A stretch of DNA of 64,000 bases, taken from contig CAVTTN010000002.1 of NCBI GenBank assembly GCA_963737655.1, forward strand, positions 4,384,001-4,448,000. The letters are read 5' to 3'. This stretch comes from an uncultured Planctomycetota bacterium (GTDB lineage: Bacteria; Planctomycetota; Planctomycetia; Isosphaerales; Isosphaeraceae). Below, piece after piece: positions 52,405-62,294 of this stretch (the stretch's first letter is position 1; every line of letters begins with the position of its first letter). A program made the translations under genes and the position numbers. The notes below the pieces were generated by a model that made no database searches, had not been told where the DNA came from, and worked only from the letters and a program-made list of their open reading frames with translations.

Positions 52405-53286
52405 ATGCACCCACTCGACGAGTTCCGCGGGTTCGTCACGGAGGGGGAAGAGCTCGCCCCCCTGACCTGGTTCCGCCTCGGCGGGCCGGCCCAGTTCCTC
52501 GCCCGGCCCCGAGGGGTTGAGGACCTCGCCGCCCTCCTGGCCCGATGCCGGGAGGCCGGCCTGCCCTGGCGATTGCTCGGCGGAGGCTCCAACGTCCTGG
52601 TCCGAGACGAGGGCGTGGCCGGCGTCGTGATCCACTTCGAGAGCCCGGCGTTCTCCGACGTGAAGGTCGAGGGCCGGACCGTCGAGGCCGGCGCCGCGGT
52701 CCCCCTGACGGCCCTGATCTCCCAGACCGCCCGCGCCGGCCTCGGCGGCCTGGAAGCCCTCACCGGCATCCCCGGGACCGTCGGGGGCGCCCTGCGAGGC
52801 AACGCCGGAGGCCGCGGCGGCTCGATCGGCCGATTCGTCCGAAGGACCACCGTGCTCGACCCTTCGGGCGAGGTCCGCATCCTCGACCGCGACGACGGCA
52901 GCTTCGGAGACCGCCTCTCCGGCCCCGAGGAGCCGGTGATCCTCTCGACCGAGCTGGAGCTGGAACGCGACGACCCCGAGTCCGTCGTCCGGCGGATGAG
53001 GCGGATCTGGATCGTCAAGAAAGAAAATCAACCGTATGGACATCAATCCTCGGGGATGATCTTTCGCGACCCCTCGCCCGACCTCTCGGCCCGCGTCCTG
53101 ATCGAGCAGTCCGGCATGAAGGGGGCGAAGCACGGAGGGGCCGAGGTCTCGGAGCGGCACGCCAACTTCATCGTCGCCCAGCCCGGGGCGACGGCGGCCG
53201 ACGTCCTGGCCCTGATCGACCTGATCCGCCGCCAGGTCCGGCTCCAGCTCGGGCACGACCTGGAATTGCAAATCCAGGTCTGGTAA
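52405..53286 (+). CDS. murB: MurB-family FAD protein (catalytic residues apparently substituted)
   Basis: TWFRLGGPA, LGGGSNVL, GIPGTVGGA..NAG, HANFIV. Confidence 0.85.
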   Translation: MHPLDEFRGFVTEGEELAPLTWFRLGGPAQFLARPRGVEDLAALLARCREAGLPWRLLGGGSNVLVRDEGVAGVVIHFESPAFSDVKVEGRTVEAGAAVPLTALISQTARAGLGGLEALTGIPGTVGGALRGNAGGRGGSIGRFVRRTTVLDPSGEVRILDRDDGSFGDRLSGPEEPVILSTELELERDDPESVVRRMRRIWIVKKENQPYGHQSSGMIFRDPSPDLSARVLIEQSGMKGAKHGGAEVSERHANFIVAQPGATAADVLALIDLIRRQVRLQLGHDLELQIQVW

Positions 53287-53332
53287 GAGTTTGGCCCGAG
53301 GAGGGCAAGCCAGCGCGCGAAGGAGGCCGACG

Positions 53333-54265
53333 GTGACGGATCGCCTCGAATCGTCGGCGACCGGACCGCCGCCCGACCGCCCTCGGCCATTCGGCCGGTT
53401 CGTCCCGCCGTTGCCTCCGCCTCGACGGCTGGCGCCGCGCGCCCTGATCGCCGCCGCCGGGCTGGTCCTCCTCGCCTGGCTCGGCCAGAAGGCCGCGCGA
53501 TGGGTCGGCGACTACCTCGCGGCCCAGCCGGCCTATCAACTCCCGTTCGCCGACATCGAGCTGGAGCCGCCCCCTCCGCCGTTCCTGAGGGACGGCAAGG
53601 CGACGATCCTCGACCGCGTGGCCAGGCAATCGAAGCTGCCCGACCCGATCCCGGTCCTCAACGTCGACCTCGGCGAGATCACCCGGGCGTTCGCCCTGAA
53701 TTCGCCCTGGATCAGCCGGGTCGAGCCGGTGATCCGCGAGCATCCGAACCGTTTGATCGTCCACGCCGTCTATCGCGAGCCGATCGCCCGGCTCGACGCC
53801 CGATCCTCGCTGGCGATCGACGCCGAGGGCGTGGTCCTGCCCGGCAACGAACTCGTGCCGGGCTTCGCCGAGTCGCTCGTGCTCCTCGGGGACCTCAAGA
53901 CCCCGATCGACGCCTCCCCCGGCCTGATCCTGGGAGGCAAGACCGGCGAGCCCGACCCCGAGATCGCCTCCGCGCTCCGGCTCGCCCGGTTCTTCCGAGA
54001 AAAGGCCGGAGCCGGCCCGAAAATCGACCTGATCTCGCTCGGCCTCGGCCCCGGACGAGTCTATGTAAGGACATCCGACGGCCTCAAAGTCTTCTGGGGA
54101 GACGCCTCCCGCGACGACCCCAACGCCCGGGAATCGGCCCACCGGCGATGGGAGCTCCTCACACGATGGGTCCAGGAGCACCCGGGCGAAGGCTCGAAGG
54201 ACGGCAAGGTCCTCCTGTTCACCCGCGACGGCGTGAAAAAAGTCCGGCCGGACGACGGTTCCTGA
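53333..54265 (+). CDS. FtsQ/DivIB-like bitopic protein
   Basis: One TM then a POTRA-like PWISRV..REHPNRLIV..YREPIA segment; directly follows murB; AGGAGG RBS. Confidence 0.6.
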   Translation: MTDRLESSATGPPPDRPRPFGRFVPPLPPPRRLAPRALIAAAGLVLLAWLGQKAARWVGDYLAAQPAYQLPFADIELEPPPPPFLRDGKATILDRVARQSKLPDPIPVLNVDLGEITRAFALNSPWISRVEPVIREHPNRLIVHAVYREPIARLDARSSLAIDAEGVVLPGNELVPGFAESLVLLGDLKTPIDASPGLILGGKTGEPDPEIASALRLARFFREKAGAGPKIDLISLGLGPGRVYVRTSDGLKVFWGDASRDDPNARESAHRRWELLTRWVQEHPGEGSKDGKVLLFTRDGVKKVRPDDGS

Positions 54266-54278
54266 CCAGGATCGATCG

Positions 54279-54367
54279 CCGGGTGGCATGCTTACGTCCG
54301 CATAAGCATGTCTTCGGTCAAGCCCCAATCGAAGACATGCTTATGCGGACGTAAGCATGCCACCCGG
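54279..54367. repeat. Family D doublet, perfect 38-bp inverted repeat
   Basis: ccgggtggcatgcttacgtccgcataagcatgtcttcg plus a 13-nt loop plus its complement. Confidence 0.9.
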
Positions 54368-54519
54368 CCAAATTACGGTTCTGATCCGACCGCCGGGAAG
54401 ATCGGCCCGGGGGATGTCCCGTTGGGGTGATCGATGGGCCCTCGCGCGCCGGTCGATCGCTTGATGAGCTCCCTGTGTGGCGACCGGGTCGGATGGATGG
54501 ATGGATGGAGGCTGGGGTC

Positions 54520-56475
54520 ATGGCGAGCCGATTGGGGTCGAGCTGGTTGAATCGGGTCCGTCAGGTCGCCGCGCCCACTCATGGCGGCCGGTTCAGCAAG
54601 TTCGCGCTCCTGGCCGAGAAGGCCAACGCGATGGAGCCGATCCTCGAAAAGGAGACCGACGCCCAGCTCCAGGAACGGGCCCGGCAGCTTCGCCTGAAGG
54701 CCCGCCAGGGGGATTCGCTCAATACGCTGCTCTCCGAGTCGTTCGCGCTGACCCGCGAGGCCGCCAAGAGGACGATCAAGCAGAGGCATTACGACGTCCA
54801 GTTCGTCGGCGGGGCGGCGATCCATTATCGGTCGATCGCCGAGATGGAGACCGGCGAGGGCAAGACCCTGGTGGCCACGCTGCCGGCCGTCCTGAACGCC
54901 CTGCCCGGCAAGGGCGTCCACGTCGTGACGGTCAATGACTACCTCGCCCAGCGAGACGCCGAGTGGATGACCCCGGTCTACAAGCTCCTGGGGATGAGCG
55001 TCGGCTGCATCCAGACGGGCCAGCAAGACCCCGTCCGCCGCGCGGCGTATGCGTGCGACATCACCTACGGGACGAGCAAGGAGTTCGGCTTCGACTTCCT
55101 CCGAGACGAGCTCAAGCGGTATCAGGCCGGCGGGCAGAAGCATCGGAAGTCGTTCGAGGAAGCGTTTTTGGGGCGAGTCACGGCCGATGGCGGAGGCGGC
55201 CAGCCGGTCCAGCGAGGCCACTTCTTCGCGATGGTGGACGAGGCCGACTCGATCCTGATCGACGAGGCGAGGACCCCCCTGATCATCGGGGCCAACAACC
55301 AGCCGACCCAGGAAGAGGCCGCCGCTTATTATGGGGCCGACGAGCTCGCCGCGACCCTGGTCCGCGTGAAGGACTTCAAGTACGACCCGGCCGAGCGCAA
55401 GGCCGAGCTCAACGCCGCCGGGCGCCGGAAGGTCCAGGCCAAGGCCGGCCATTCGGCGTTCGTCACCCTGACCGTCGATCAGCTCTACGAGTACGTCGAG
55501 CGTGCCCTGAGGGCCCAGATCGCCTATCTCCTGGACCGGGATTACGTGGTCCAGGAGGGGGAGGTGGTGATCGTCGACGAGTTCACGGGCCGGATGATGC
55601 CGGGTCGTCAGTGGCAGGACGGCCTCCACCAGGCGATCCAGGCCAAGGAGAGGCTGGAAGTCACGCTGGAGACGATCACCGCGGCGCGAGTGACGGTCCA
55701 GGACTTCTTCCTCCGATACAAGAAGCTCGCCGGGATGACCGGCACGGCCCATTCCGACGCGAGCGAGCTTCGCCGGGTCTACAAGGTCCACGTCTTCCCC
55801 GTCCCCACCAACCGGCCCGGCCGCCGGATCTGGGAGCCGGACCGGATCTTCTCGAACGAGGCCGAGAAGTTCCAGGCGGTGGCCGACCGGATCGTCGAGA
55901 TGAACAAGTCGCAGGTGCCCGTGCTGGTGGGGACGCGGTCGATCGAGAAGTCGGAGAAGCTCTCGGCCCTGCTGACCAAGGCGGGGATCGAGCACCAGAT
56001 CCTCAACGCCAAGAACCACGCGATCGAGGCCCAGATCGTGGCCCAGGCCGGGCAGGCCGGGCGGGTGACGGTCGCCACCAACATGGCCGGCCGAGGGACC
56101 GACATCAAGCTCACGCCGGAGGTCACGGCCAAGGGCGGCCTGCACGTGATCGGCACCGAGAGGCACGAATCGCTGCGGATCGACCGCCAGCTCGCCGGCC
56201 GTTGCGCCCGCCAGGGCGACCCGGGGCACGCCCAGTTCTTCGTGTCCCTGGAAGACGAGCTGTTCGAGGCGTTCGGCGAGAAGCCGGCGGCCCGGCTCCG
56301 CAAGAGGTACAAGGAGCGGGGCGAGCTCACGACCCCGGCCTGGAGGCGGGTCGTCTTCGCCGCCCAGGCGAAGAAGGAGCGGCAGCACCGCCGGGACCGC
56401 AAGCTCCTGATGGTCTACGAGAAGCAACGGGCCGAGATGAGGAAGAACATGGGCCTCAACCCCGTCCTCGGCTGA
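54520..56475 (+). CDS. secA: Short SecA paralog (about 651 aa) lacking the C-terminal wing/IRA1/CTD region
   Basis: EMETGEGKT, VNDYLAQRD, DEADSILIDEARTP, GMTGTA, TNMAGRGTDI, RIDRQLAGRCARQGDPG. Confidence 0.9.
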   Translation: MASRLGSSWLNRVRQVAAPTHGGRFSKFALLAEKANAMEPILEKETDAQLQERARQLRLKARQGDSLNTLLSESFALTREAAKRTIKQRHYDVQFVGGAAIHYRSIAEMETGEGKTLVATLPAVLNALPGKGVHVVTVNDYLAQRDAEWMTPVYKLLGMSVGCIQTGQQDPVRRAAYACDITYGTSKEFGFDFLRDELKRYQAGGQKHRKSFEEAFLGRVTADGGGGQPVQRGHFFAMVDEADSILIDEARTPLIIGANNQPTQEEAAAYYGADELAATLVRVKDFKYDPAERKAELNAAGRRKVQAKAGHSAFVTLTVDQLYEYVERALRAQIAYLLDRDYVVQEGEVVIVDEFTGRMMPGRQWQDGLHQAIQAKERLEVTLETITAARVTVQDFFLRYKKLAGMTGTAHSDASELRRVYKVHVFPVPTNRPGRRIWEPDRIFSNEAEKFQAVADRIVEMNKSQVPVLVGTRSIEKSEKLSALLTKAGIEHQILNAKNHAIEAQIVAQAGQAGRVTVATNMAGRGTDIKLTPEVTAKGGLHVIGTERHESLRIDRQLAGRCARQGDPGHAQFFVSLEDELFEAFGEKPAARLRKRYKERGELTTPAWRRVVFAAQAKKERQHRRDRKLLMVYEKQRAEMRKNMGLNPVLG

Positions 56476-56495
56476 TCGCCGAGCCGCTCGCTCGG

Positions 56496-57143
56496 TTACA
56501 GGAAGTCTTCCGGGCGGCTCAGGTAGCGCTCCGGCAGGGGGTCCACGATCGGCGGGGGGACGTGGACGAAGACGCGGGACGGGAGGTTGTGGGCGACGAG
56601 CGTCAGGGCGCCGACCATCACGTTGTCCCCCACGACGATCGGCCCCACGAGCACGGCGCCGGTGTAGATCCGCGCCGCCCGGCCCACGCGGGGCAGGCCG
56701 ATCTTGCCCGGCGACCCGCCCAGCGTCACGTTGTGGAAGACGAACGAGGCCGGGCCGACGACCGCGCCGTGGCCGATGACGATCCCCTGGGGATGCGGCA
56801 GGATCAGCCCCCCGTAGAGCCGGGACGTCGCCGCGATCGAACACGTGTACACATGGCGGAGCCACCAGAAGATGCAGCCGGCCAGGATGCGGCCGGGCAG
56901 GCCGAGCCGGTAGTAGCACTGGTGGGCGACGCGATGCAGGAACATCACGTGGAACCCGGCCGAGCGCACGGCCGTCTTCAGCCACCGGCCCAGGGGGCGG
57001 CCGACCCGGGCCTCGGGCGCCACGTGGGCGTCCAGGTCCTGGCGGACGCACGACCAGAACGGCAGGGGGCCGCTGGAACACGGCTCCGACCAATCCGGCG
57101 GCGGCGTCATCGTCGTCGGCGTCGGCGGATGGTCGAGCATCAC
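56496..57143 (-). CDS. Serine O-acetyltransferase-like hexapeptide-repeat acetyltransferase
   Basis: PHPQGIVIG, HNVTLGG, VGDNVMVGA. Confidence 0.8.
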   Translation of the reverse strand: MMLDHPPTPTTMTPPPDWSEPCSSGPLPFWSCVRQDLDAHVAPEARVGRPLGRWLKTAVRSAGFHVMFLHRVAHQCYYRLGLPGRILAGCIFWWLRHVYTCSIAATSRLYGGLILPHPQGIVIGHGAVVGPASFVFHNVTLGGSPGKIGLPRVGRAARIYTGAVLVGPIVVGDNVMVGALTLVAHNLPSRVFVHVPPPIVDPLPERYLSRPEDFL

Positions 57144-57170
57144 GAGAGGGGCGCTCCCCGGGACCGGCGG

Positions 57171-57362
57171 TCAGATCCGGCTGTGAATCAGGAGCAGGAC
57201 GGCCGTCGTGACGACCATCAGCGCGACGATCGTGCCGAACAGCCGGGCGGCGTGGAGGCCGATCTTCCGCCACGACTCGTGTCGAGAGGCCGAGTAAACC
57301 AGGCTGATGGCCAGGGCCAGGGGCAAGACGTACCAGTAAATGTTGATCGCATCGAGCCTCAC
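57171..57362 (-). CDS. Small membrane protein
   Basis: Two hydrophobic segments, SLVYSASRHE; ATGA overlap with the upstream gene. Confidence 0.7.
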   Translation of the reverse strand: MRLDAINIYWYVLPLALAISLVYSASRHESWRKIGLHAARLFGTIVALMVVTTAVLLLIHSRI

Positions 57363-57934
57363 GACCCCACCTCCGCCGCCAGGTCGGCCTTGGGCTTGGA
57401 CGAGGCGACCGGCGCGGCCGCCTCCGCCTGGGCCTGGATCGGAGAGGCGGCCGGCTCGTCCTCGTCGACCTGGGCCGGGCCTTCCAGCGCGTCGTAGATG
57501 GCCAGGATATTCAGGAACCCGGCGATCTCGGTATACACCGTGCCGACGTCCGTCAGCTTCCCGAGCCGGGGGAACAGCCCGTTCAGGACGTTCCCGGGTG
57601 GCTCCGCCAGGAACCCTCCGAGGATCGGCTCGTAACCGTAATGCGCCAGGGTGGCCTGAACCAGCCCGGGGAACGCGGCCAGGCCGACCCAGAACTGGGC
57701 GAGGTACGCCCAGCGGAAGTCCTCGGTATTACGCAAGGGGTTCAGCCACCGCCAGAAGACGATCTTGCCGTCTCCCATCGCGAACCCGAGCAGGTACAGG
57801 CCGAGGATGCACACGGCATAGAGGATGCCCTTGCCTCGCCGTCCCTGGTAAAAGTGCCCGAGACCCGGCACCAGCCACGCCAGGAACCCAGCCAGGTAAC
57901 GATTCTTCAACGGCACGGGCGACGGACGGTCCAT
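57359..57934 (-). CDS. TM2-like membrane protein of unknown function
   Basis: LAWLVPGLGHFYQGR..KG; IAGFLNILAIYDA. Confidence 0.75.
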   Translation of the reverse strand: MDRPSPVPLKNRYLAGFLAWLVPGLGHFYQGRRGKGILYAVCILGLYLLGFAMGDGKIVFWRWLNPLRNTEDFRWAYLAQFWVGLAAFPGLVQATLAHYGYEPILGGFLAEPPGNVLNGLFPRLGKLTDVGTVYTEIAGFLNILAIYDALEGPAQVDEDEPAASPIQAQAEAAAPVASSKPKADLAAEVGS

Positions 57935-58061
57935 CGGATGGAAGTCTCGGAGTCCAGGGAGGTTCGGCGTGGGGAGAGCTTCGCCGCATGCCCATCATAT
58001 CATGACGCGGGGCCGTTCGGCCAGATCGAAGGCGGTCTTTGCCGGGAGCCGGCCGGGCCCC

Positions 58062-58847
58062 CTAATCCGGTGGGAGGCATTCCCCCGCGATCCCGTCCAC
58101 GACCTCGGGCCCGACGATCTCCAGGCCCCGGGCGGCCCCGGCCATCAGGGAGAGCGACCCGAGCCGGTTGATCGCCGCCGGGACGCCCTCGGCCAGGGCG
58201 TGGAGCCGGCTCAGGGCCCGGGGGGTGAACGCGGGGTCGTCCCGACCCGAGCGCGCGAGCCGGGCCCGGACGTAAACTTCCGCCTCGCCCCGGGTTAAAG
58301 GGCCGAGCCGGACCGCCAGCTCCCCCGGGTCGTGGGCCCCCCGCGCCGGCCCTCGGCCGATTTCCAGGATCGTCAGCCGCGACGACGGGTGAGGATCGAC
58401 GTGCGCCAGGCGGTCCAGGAGCGCGCGGCCCTCGGGTTCGGAGCCGTCCACGTCGTCGATCGCCAGGACGACCGAAAGCCCCTGGATCCTCGCCAGCCGG
58501 ACGGCCGTCCGGACCGCCTTCCACGCCGCCGAGGGGCCGTCGGCCGGGCCGATCGGCCGGTGTCCCAGGCCCGAGGCGAGGTCCAGGAGGACGGCCTCCG
58601 GGCCCGAAGCGGCCGAGGCCGTCGCGATCCTCCGGGAGGGCCGGCGGACCTCGGCCAGCGCCGTTCGCAGGACGGTGGTCTTGCCCAGACCGGCCGGGGC
58701 GACCAGGCGGAGCCGCCTCTCGCCCGATTCGACCGCGTGAGCGGCCCTCGCCACCGCCTCCGACGCCCCGGGCAAGGGCACGAACGGCCCGACGACCGGC
58801 TCGAACGGATCGGTCCGAAGCTGCCAGTGGGACAGGACTCGCACCAC
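58062..58847 (-). CDS. ExeA-like AAA ATPase
   Basis: APAGLGKTT Walker A, LAIDD Walker B, GVPAAIN. Confidence 0.75.
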   Translation of the reverse strand: MVRVLSHWQLRTDPFEPVVGPFVPLPGASEAVARAAHAVESGERRLRLVAPAGLGKTTVLRTALAEVRRPSRRIATASAASGPEAVLLDLASGLGHRPIGPADGPSAAWKAVRTAVRLARIQGLSVVLAIDDVDGSEPEGRALLDRLAHVDPHPSSRLTILEIGRGPARGAHDPGELAVRLGPLTRGEAEVYVRARLARSGRDDPAFTPRALSRLHALAEGVPAAINRLGSLSLMAGAARGLEIVGPEVVDGIAGECLPPD

Positions 58848-58949
58848 GGAGGATTCGCTCCCGGAGGGGGTTCGTGTCGTACCGATCCGTCATTGCATCG
58901 GGTAGGATGGGCCGGGAGCTTTCGTCTTTGACGATTTGGAGGGGCGGAC

Positions 58950-59666
58950 TTGGCGGATCGGTATTTCGGACCCGCGCCGGACGGCCTGGGCCGGGTGGTC
59001 CTCGACCCGGACGAGGCCCGGCACCTCGCCCGATCGGCCCGCCGGACGGTCGGCGACGAGGTGGAGGTCTTCGACGGCCGAGGAGGAGGCTGGAGGGCCC
59101 GGGTCGAGGCGATCGACCGCGACCGGGTCACGCTCCTCGCCCTCGAACCGATCGACGATCGGGCGGTCCCGTCCCCGATCGCCCTGGCCGTGGCCGCGCC
59201 GAAGGGGGACCGGCTGGATTGGCTGGTCGAGAAATGCACCGAGATCGGCGTGGGCCGGCTGACGATCGTCCTCAGCGAGCGTTCGGTCGTCGATCCCCGG
59301 GGCTCGAAGCTCGACCGCCTCCGCCGGACGATCCTTGAGGCGAGCAAGCAATCCGGCCGAAACCGATTGATGACGCTGGACGGCCCGACCCCCCTGGCGA
59401 CGGTCCTTTCTCGAGACCCCGAGGCCACCCGGCTGATCGCCCATTCGGGGGGAGTCCCGGCCTCGCGATGGCCCGGGCCAGCCCCGGGCGTCCCGGCGGT
59501 CCTGGCGATCGGCCCGGAGGGGGGATGGACCGAGGCGGAGCGGGACCTGGCCGATCGGCTCGGCTGGGTCCGGGTCGGGCTCGGCCCGACGAGGCTCCGG
59601 GTGGAGACGGCGGCCCTGGTCGGGGCCGCGGCGTGGATGGCTCGAACTGGAGGGCGAACGACGTGA
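58950..59666 (+). CDS. rsmE: 16S rRNA m3U1498 methyltransferase
   Basis: EKCTEIGV, EASKQSGR, IGPEGG, LGPTRLRVETA. Confidence 0.92.
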   Translation: MADRYFGPAPDGLGRVVLDPDEARHLARSARRTVGDEVEVFDGRGGGWRARVEAIDRDRVTLLALEPIDDRAVPSPIALAVAAPKGDRLDWLVEKCTEIGVGRLTIVLSERSVVDPRGSKLDRLRRTILEASKQSGRNRLMTLDGPTPLATVLSRDPEATRLIAHSGGVPASRWPGPAPGVPAVLAIGPEGGWTEAERDLADRLGWVRVGLGPTRLRVETAALVGAAAWMARTGGRTT

Positions 59667-60136
59667 CGACCAGCCTCGGGGTGATCGCGACCTTGCTCGG
59701 CCTGGGCCTCTTCGCCGGGGTCCTCAGCGGGATGTTCGGCATCGGCGGGGGGCTGGTGATCGTCCCGGTCCTGGTGATCTTCCTCGGCCTCTCGCAGAAA
59801 GAGGCCACCGGCACGTCGTTGTTCGCCCTGCTCCTGCCCGTCGGGTTGCTCGGCGTGCTCGAATACTGGAGGAGGGACGAGGCGAAGCTCCAGTACGGCC
59901 TGTTGATCGCCGCCGGCCTGTTCATCGGGGCCTACTTCGGCGCGAGGATCACCCACGGCGTCTCCGACCTGACCCTCAAGCGCATCTACGCCGCATTCCT
60001 GATCGTCGTCGCGGGCTGGTACCTCTTCCTGACCACCGAGAGCGGCCAGAAGATCATCCCGCCCAAGGTGCCCCCGGCCCGCAAGGCGGGGCCGGCTCCG
60101 GAGGGCGTCGGGCCGGGGGAAGCGATCCGCCAATGA
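59663..60136 (+). CDS. Half-size TauE/SafE (TSUP) family membrane protein
   Basis: SGMFGIGGG..VP, ATGTSL; about 4 TM. Confidence 0.8.
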   Translation: MTTSLGVIATLLGLGLFAGVLSGMFGIGGGLVIVPVLVIFLGLSQKEATGTSLFALLLPVGLLGVLEYWRRDEAKLQYGLLIAAGLFIGAYFGARITHGVSDLTLKRIYAAFLIVVAGWYLFLTTESGQKIIPPKVPPARKAGPAPEGVGPGEAIRQ

Positions 60137-60167
60137 CGGCCCGGAGGACTCCCCGACTACCAGGGCG

Positions 60168-60252
60168 GGGTGGCCTGCTTACGTCCTCGTAAGCATGTCT
60201 TCGGTCAGGCCCGAATCGAAGACATGCTTACGAGGACGTAAGCATGCCACCC
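60168..60252. repeat. Family D doublet
   Basis: Near-identical to 54281-54365, including the loop. Confidence 0.9.
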
Positions 60253-60327
60253 GACCCCTCAAGACCCGTCGCCCGTGATCCGCTCCAGCCAGGGCAGACC
60301 CGTCGTCGCGAGGGCCTCTCGGAGCTA

Positions 60328-60463
60328 CTCTGTAGAAAACCCATTGAGAATGAGGAAACGAGTAGGTCCGACTTCAGTCGGGCCGACGAAAATCCCTTGT
60401 TTCGTCGGCCCGACTGAAGTCGGACCTACTCGTTTCGATGCTTCGAAGGGTCTTCTTCAAGAG
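60328..60463. repeat. Nested terminal-IR plus family C REPIN element (second copy)
   Basis: ctctgtagaaaaccc ... gtaggtccgacttcagtcgggcc ... ggcccgactgaagtcggacctac ... gggtcttcttcaagag. Confidence 0.85.
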
Positions 60464-60467
60464 CCTC

Positions 60468-60878
60468 TCAGAGCCACTTGCCGCCGCTCTTGTCCTGATA
60501 GATCGACCAGACGTAGCCGTCGGGGTCTTTCAGGGCGAATTCCCGCCATTCCCAGGACTGATCGACGGGGTCGCCCGAGACGGCGAGATACGCGCCTTCG
60601 TCGATGCAGTGCTGATGGAACGCGTCGACGTCCTCCACCCGGAGCTGCAAGTGGAGGCCGACGCCGACCCGCGTATCCTGGAACTCGTCCTCGTGCCCCT
60701 CCTGGGGGTGGAGCATCAGGCTGAAGTCGCCGATGCGGAGGACGGCCAGGGTGATCGGCCCGCCTTCCTCCTCGGCGTGGACCTGGGCGATCTCGGCGCC
60801 GACGACCTCATTATAGAATTCGATCGATTTCTCGATGTTATCGACGTAGAGGAACGCGCTGGTGACCCGGGCCGTCAT
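60468..60878 (-). CDS. VOC / glyoxalase-family protein
   Basis: LYVDNIEKSIEFY..VEDVDA..W..REFALKDPDG. Confidence 0.88.
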   Translation of the reverse strand: MTARVTSAFLYVDNIEKSIEFYNEVVGAEIAQVHAEEEGGPITLAVLRIGDFSLMLHPQEGHEDEFQDTRVGVGLHLQLRVEDVDAFHQHCIDEGAYLAVSGDPVDQSWEWREFALKDPDGYVWSIYQDKSGGKWL

Positions 60879-60978
60879 GCCTTGGCTCTCCGTCGAATCG
60901 CCGTCGAGGGCCGAACTTCGGCGGAAGATACCCCGGACCGCCTCGTCATGCAATGCGGACCGGATCGGGGGGCCGGGT

Positions 60979-61161
60979 CCGGTTCCTTCTCGGAGGAGGA
61001 TTCCTCGGGAGCGTCCCGGGTGGCGGGGATTCCCCCGGAGTCACGCCCCTCTCGGCCGCGCGACATCCGCCGGACCCGCGAGGGGCGGACCACCGGCCCC
61101 GAAGGCCGAACCCGTTCCACCGAGCACGCTTCCGAGGAATCCTCCGTCGAGAAGGAACCGG
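60979..61161. repeat. Imperfect 45-bp inverted repeat between divergent genes
   Basis: 60979-61023 pairs with 61117-61161. Confidence 0.65.
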
Positions 61162-61250
61162 CCTCGCCCCGCCCGGACCGGGGACTTCCCTTCGGCCCAT
61201 CTGGTGCTTATGCTTGGCCCCGCGACACCCCTCTCGTGCGAGGAACCGTC

Positions 61251-62204
61251 ATGACCGCCGTCGGACAGACCTATCGGGCCTCCGGGCCGATCGATGTTCG
61301 CTCGATCCTGACCACCACGATTCTCGGCGCGGTCGTCGCCGTGGTGGGCGCGGGGGTGGTCTGGCTCTGGGAGATCAGCCCGATCCCCACCCTCGTCCTG
61401 CTCACGCCGATCCTCCAGGGGGCGGTCGTCGGCGGGGCCCTGGGCTTCATGATCGGCCGGCTCCACCTGAGGAACCCCCGGCTCGTCGGGTTCGTCGGCT
61501 TTCTCTGCGGGCTGTTGAGCATCACGCTCGTCCACTACGGCCACCACCTCCACCTCGTCGGCCAGATCGCCGAGAACCTCCGCGAGCAGGCGGCCGGCGC
61601 CCCTCCCGAGGAGCGCGACGCCATCCTCAAGGAACTCGACGCCCATCCCACCGAGGTCGTCGATCAGGTCCTTCTGAGGGCAACCGGGCACTCCGGGTTC
61701 CTCGGGACCATGATGCTCCGCAACGAACAGGGCGTGATGATCAAGAACAGCACGGTCAACGGCGGAGGGCTGTGGGCCCTCTGGGGATTCGAGGCGCTTC
61801 TCGTGGCCGGTGCCGCCGGAGCGATCGCCGGAAGTCGCGCCGGCCAGCCCTATTGCGAAGATTGCCACGCCTGGCACGTCAAGAGCGCCGAGGTCCTGAC
61901 CGTGGGCGGAGGCCACGCCGAGGGGCTCGTCCAGGCGCTCCGAGACGACGCCCCGGACCGCCTGGACGGGTTCCGGGCCCAGGCCCACGAGGTCGATCCG
62001 ACGACCCAGGCCGTCGTCGATCTCCACTCCTGCCCCGGCTGCGACACGACCTTCGCCGACGTCCGCCATCGGTCCCGCAAGGGCAAGGAGACCAAGGAGA
62101 AACAACTCCTGGGCGCCCTCGCCATCTCGCCCGAGATGCTCCAGGCCATCCGCGCCGAGCCGACCCCTCCGCTGGCCCAGCCCGCCCCCGAGACCCCGGC
62201 GTGA
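61251..62204 (+). CDS. Hypothetical membrane protein with C-terminal CxxC..CxxC
   Basis: Four TM segments; CEDC and CPGC. Confidence 0.75.
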   Translation: MTAVGQTYRASGPIDVRSILTTTILGAVVAVVGAGVVWLWEISPIPTLVLLTPILQGAVVGGALGFMIGRLHLRNPRLVGFVGFLCGLLSITLVHYGHHLHLVGQIAENLREQAAGAPPEERDAILKELDAHPTEVVDQVLLRATGHSGFLGTMMLRNEQGVMIKNSTVNGGGLWALWGFEALLVAGAAGAIAGSRAGQPYCEDCHAWHVKSAEVLTVGGGHAEGLVQALRDDAPDRLDGFRAQAHEVDPTTQAVVDLHSCPGCDTTFADVRHRSRKGKETKEKQLLGALAISPEMLQAIRAEPTPPLAQPAPETPA

Positions 62205-62294
62205 CGAGATCCTCCCCAGGCGTCCCGGCGGCCGGACCGCCGCCATCTGAGCGGCCCTTTCCCGAAGGGTCGAGCAAGTCAGGAGATACCGGTG

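Noticed and set aside
54491..54508. (GGAT)4 microsatellite before secA as a phase-variation switch
   Set aside because: Too short and upstream of the probable start; no supporting evidence
58062..58847. Type II secretion or Tn7-like system around the ExeA-like ATPase
   Set aside because: No secretion or transposase genes adjacent
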